A stretch of DNA of 64,000 nt, taken from contig CAJTUT010000004.1 of assembly GCA_910579455.1 (NCBI GenBank), forward strand, positions 1,906-65,905. The letters run 5' to 3'. The stretch is from an uncultured Bacilli bacterium. Lineage in GTDB: Bacteria > Bacillota_I > Bacilli_A > RF39 > UBA660. This document shows, in pieces, positions 60,621 through 64,000 of this stretch (position 1 is its first letter; the number at the start of each line of letters is the position of its first letter). Under the pieces are notes generated by a model. That model made no database searches. It was not told where the DNA came from and saw nothing but the letters and a program-made list of their open reading frames with translations. A program made the position numbers and the translations under genes.

Positions 60621-61364
60621 GTGAAAATAGAGGAAGTAGAAGGAATCATATTAAGCGAGACCAACTATAGTGAATCGAGTAAAATTTTAAATGTTTTAAC
60701 TAAAGAACATAATATAATTGGTGTGATTTCAAAGGGTTGTAGGAATATAAAAAGTAAGTTAAGAGCAGTTAGTAGAAAACTAGTTTATGGAAAACTTCAT
60801 ATCTATTATAAGGAAAATGGGCTCTCCACTTTGATTAATGTGGATGTAATTAATTCTTTTCATCATGTCTTAATGGATTTAAAAATGATTTCTTATGCTT
60901 CTTATATTGTAGATTTAGTCATACAAGTATCTAAACAAAATGAGGAGGACAATCTATTTTACCTATTAAAATCTACTCTATTAAAAATAGAGGAAGGATA
61001 TAATGCACATATTTTAATGAGTATAGTAGAGATGAAACTTTTAGACTATTTAGGAGTAAAGCCTATGATAGATGGATGTAGTATTTGTGGGAGTAATAAA
61101 AATATAGTTACCATTAATTCAAATGCGGGTGGTTATATTTGTTCCGAATGTTACACAGATGAAGGAATGGTAAGTGATAAGGCTATCCAGTTAGTTAGAA
61201 TGTTTTACTATGTAGATATTGAAAAAATCACAAAGCTAAATGTAAGTAGTAAAGTTTTAAAAGAAATTAATTTATTTTTAGAAGATTATTATGATAGATA
61301 TACAGGGCTTTTTCTAAAAAGCAAAAGGTTTTTAAAAGAATTAGAGAAGATAGAACAAATATGA
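60621..61364 (+). CDS. recO: DNA repair protein RecO
   Basis: GTG start. N-terminal OB-fold region (EGIILSETNYSESSKIL) and a zinc motif (CSICGS...CSEC). Confidence 0.9.
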   Translation: MKIEEVEGIILSETNYSESSKILNVLTKEHNIIGVISKGCRNIKSKLRAVSRKLVYGKLHIYYKENGLSTLINVDVINSFHHVLMDLKMISYASYIVDLVIQVSKQNEEDNLFYLLKSTLLKIEEGYNAHILMSIVEMKLLDYLGVKPMIDGCSICGSNKNIVTINSNAGGYICSECYTDEGMVSDKAIQLVRMFYYVDIEKITKLNVSSKVLKEINLFLEDYYDRYTGLFLKSKRFLKELEKIEQI

Positions 61365-61912
61365 TTCTGATACTATTTCATTTTTAATGCATATATTTTT
61401 ATTAGAGATGATAATAAAATGGCTAGGAATTTTATTTACAATATAGATATACCAAAATTTACTAGTAATGTAATTCAGGAGATGAAAATATTACATATAA
61501 AAAAGATGGAATCTTGAGAGAAACAACAGAGTATCAAGAACTTTTAAAATAAATATATGATGATTGTATAGAAGAAAAAAATAGCAGGAAATCAACGAAG
61601 GAGTGCGATTAACTAGAAAAGGTGATAAAAATTATCAAGAAGTATTGAAAGGAGTTAGAATTACTTCCAATTAAATGAATTCTAATAATAATCTGAATGT
61701 AATAGAACAAAGAGATGCTGCTAGAGAGTATTCCTTTGCTTATGGTTCTTTATAGAAGAATTTTGTGATAAAATGGAAACCTATTCGAAAAATAAATCTT
61801 GTCTAATTAATAGAGAGTGCATTCATATAATGGAAGAGAGTAGAAGAAAGTATTATCCATTTCTAAAAAAATATCAAACGAATGATCCATCATAAAATTG
61901 TCGTCAGCTTTC

Positions 61913-61941
61913 TTGACAGGAAACTAAAAAATTAGTATGAT
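61913..61941 (+). promoter_or_regulatory. consensus promoter of the T-box leader
   Basis: TTGACA (61913-61918), a 17-nt spacer, then TATGAT (61936-61941). Confidence 0.65.
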
Positions 61942-61947
61942 AAACCT

Positions 61948-62090
61948 AGATAAGTTGTGATGACCAAGAGTGGAATCTTGAACAGCAGTATTAAATAAAG
62001 AGATTCTTTTAGAATAAGTAAGGTGGAACCGCGGAGACATTTTCGTCCTTATGTTATTTCTAGAAGTTTTATTTTTTTAAGGAGGTCGTT
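61948..62090 (+). promoter_or_regulatory. compact T-box riboswitch leader (presumably Gly)
   Basis: GTGATGA K-turn-like element at 61957-61963. T-box core GGTGGAACCGCGG at 62022-62034, followed by ...TTCGTCC. The flanking TAAGG/CCTTA can form the antiterminator base. Confidence 0.7.
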
Positions 62091-62639
62091 ATGAATCTAT
62101 TTATAGGATGCAGTTCTTCTTTTGAAGTAGAAGATCAGTATAAGGAAACTACATTAGAACTTGTAAAAGAAATAGCAAAAATTCCTGATGTGCATTTGAT
62201 CCTTGGAACATCCCACCTAGAAGATGGTTTGATGGGACTTTGTTATCAGGAGTTTAAAAAAAATCAAAAACAAATTACAGGAATTACCCTAAACCAATAT
62301 CAAGACTTAAAGCCTCTTAAGATGGAACAAGTTATTTCAGTTGAGACAACAATGGATCGAACCAAGGAGATTTATCAAAAAAGTGATCTTTTACTATTTC
62401 TTCCAGGAGGGCTTGGAACCTATAGTGAATTATTATCTTTTATGAGTGAGATAGTAGAAAAAGAAGAAAACAAAACTATTATTATTTATAATAAAGATTT
62501 TTTCTATACCCCAGTTATTAAGGAATTATATTTCTTGTACAAAAAGGGATTCATTAATAAAAATATTAATGAATATTGTAAAATAGAAAGTGAAAGTGTA
62601 GAAATATTAGAATTCATAAGGAAAGAAGGAGAAGTATAA
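62091..62639 (+). CDS. LOG/TIGR00730 family protein (PGGxGTxxE)
   Basis: LPGGLGTYSELL motif in a 182-aa Rossmann-like protein. The stop overlaps the glyQS ATG (TAATG). Confidence 0.75.
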   Translation: MNLFIGCSSSFEVEDQYKETTLELVKEIAKIPDVHLILGTSHLEDGLMGLCYQEFKKNQKQITGITLNQYQDLKPLKMEQVISVETTMDRTKEIYQKSDLLLFLPGGLGTYSELLSFMSEIVEKEENKTIIIYNKDFFYTPVIKELYFLYKKGFINKNINEYCKIESESVEILEFIRKEGEV

Positions 62640-64000
62640 TGGATAAATTAACCATGGAAAAGTTAGTCAATTACTCAAAACAATATGGTTTTATATTTCA
62701 GGGAAGTGAGATTTATGGAGGGCTTGCCAATACTTGGGATTATGGACCTTTAGGTGCCAGACTTAAGAACAATATCAAGGATACTTGGAGAAAAAGGTTT
62801 ATTCAGGAAAGAAAAAATGCCTATGAAGTAGATGCAGCTATTTTGATGCATCCAAGAGTTTGGGAAGCAAGTGGACATGTTGAGAGTTTTTCTGATCCAT
62901 TAGTTGATTGTAAGGAATGTAAAATGAGACATCGTGCTGATAATTTGATTGATGACTTTGATAATAAAGCAAATGCAGATGGAATGAGTCAAGATGAAAT
63001 GATGGAATATATAAAAGAAAATCAAGTGCCTTGTCCTAACTGTGGGAAGAGTGAGTATACAGATATTAGACAATTTAATTTAATGTTTGAAACTCATAGA
63101 GGTGTTACAGAAGATGGTAAAAACAAAGTCTATTTAAGACCTGAAAATGCCCAAGGAGAGTATGTCAATTTTTTAAATGTTCAAAGAACAACGAGATCAA
63201 AACTTCCCTTTAGTATTGGACAAATTGGAAAAGCTTTTAGAAATGAAATTACACCAGGAAATTTTACCTTTAGAACAATAGAATTTGAACAAATGGAATA
63301 CCAAACCTTTTGTAGGGAAGGAACAGACTCCGAGTTATATCGTTATTTTAAAGAATATGCTAAACAGTATTTTCTAGATTTAGGTTTGAAAGAAGAAAAA
63401 TTAAGATTTCACGATCATGAGAAATTGGCTCATTATGCAAAAGAAGCATGTGACATTGAATATCAATACTCTTTTGGCTGGGGAGAAGTAAATGGAACTC
63501 ATAATAGAACAGATTATGACCTGTCTCGTCATGAAGAGTTTTCTAAAACTTCTTTAGAGTATTTAGATCCAGAAACCAATGAAAAGTATATTCCCTATAT
63601 TATTGAATCAACAATAGGGGCTGATCGTTTAACCCTAGCAATATTAGATAATGCTTATTGTGAGGAAACATTAGAAAATGGAGATATTAGAGAAGTAATG
63701 AAATTTCATCCAGCAATTGCTCCATACAAAGTGGCGGTATTACCTCTTGTTAAAAAGTATCATCATGAAAAAGCGGAAGAAGTTTTTCAGATGCTTTCAA
63801 AACATTTTATGACTTCTTATGATGAGGTTGGTTCTATTGGGAAAAGATATAGAAGATGTGATGCAGTAGGGACACCATTTTGTATTACGATTGATGATGA
63901 TACAGTAAATAGTCAAACAGTAACCATAAGGGAACGTGATACGATGAAACAAATTACATTACCTTTAAATCAAGTAGTAGATTATGTTAAAGAAAGAATT
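62639..64000 (+). CDS. glyQS: glycine--tRNA ligase (class II, alpha2 type), 3'-truncated at window edge
   Basis: Open frame of 454 codons running to the end of the window. MDKLTMEKLVNYSKQYGFIFQGSEIYGGLANTWDYGPLG... with FRNEITPGNFTFRTIEFEQME (motif 2 region). Confidence 0.93.
   Translation, partial: MDKLTMEKLVNYSKQYGFIFQGSEIYGGLANTWDYGPLGARLKNNIKDTWRKRFIQERKNAYEVDAAILMHPRVWEASGHVESFSDPLVDCKECKMRHRADNLIDDFDNKANADGMSQDEMMEYIKENQVPCPNCGKSEYTDIRQFNLMFETHRGVTEDGKNKVYLRPENAQGEYVNFLNVQRTTRSKLPFSIGQIGKAFRNEITPGNFTFRTIEFEQMEYQTFCREGTDSELYRYFKEYAKQYFLDLGLKEEKLRFHDHEKLAHYAKEACDIEYQYSFGWGEVNGTHNRTDYDLSRHEEFSKTSLEYLDPETNEKYIPYIIESTIGADRLTLAILDNAYCEETLENGDIREVMKFHPAIAPYKVAVLPLVKKYHHEKAEEVFQMLSKHFMTSYDEVGSIGKRYRRCDAVGTPFCITIDDDTVNSQTVTIRERDTMKQITLPLNQVVDYVKERI

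Overview
This is a visibly AT-rich chromosomal segment from an endospore-forming Firmicute that uses the standard genetic code (TGA is a stop). The backbone is ordinary housekeeping and shows Bacillus-like synteny. It runs tgt, lexA, polA, mutM, pyk, tmcAL, gmk, yceD-rpmF, addBA, CBS-type ppaC, DUF368-uppP, a phosphohexomutase, helD, nfo, a class B PBP, rpmG, efp, spoIIIAH/gerE/gerM-like genes, tRNA-Arg(TCT), then rpsU-yqeY-yqfC-yqfD-ybeY-dgkA-cdd-era-yqzL-recO and a T-box-led LOG-like/glyQS operon.

Several accessory insertions sit in this backbone.
1. Two orphan type IV pilin-like genes. One is a 666-aa cysteine-rich 'modular pilin'.
2. A 2135-aa cysteine-paired repeat protein with a TasA/camelysin-like N-terminus. 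It lies directly downstream of a membrane-anchored PedC/BrcD-like CxxC thioredoxin-fold gene.
3. Two paralogous secreted proteins with a DUF1566/lectin-like C-terminal module. One is interrupted by a single in-frame TAA.
4. A roughly 55-nt promoter/leader cassette present three times upstream of these surface-protein loci. One copy carries a G9 tract in the -35/-10 spacer.
5. A decaying region of pseudogenes and an IS30-like remnant.
6. A compact class II bacteriocin locus next to the tRNA. It has a C39-ABC exporter, a 133-aa accessory protein and two overlapping double-glycine-leader peptide genes. One peptide gene is absent from the ORF track and the other appears there only with an upstream start.

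No CRISPR array, reverse transcriptase or recognisable defence system was seen. All family assignments come from motif recognition by eye, not from database searches.
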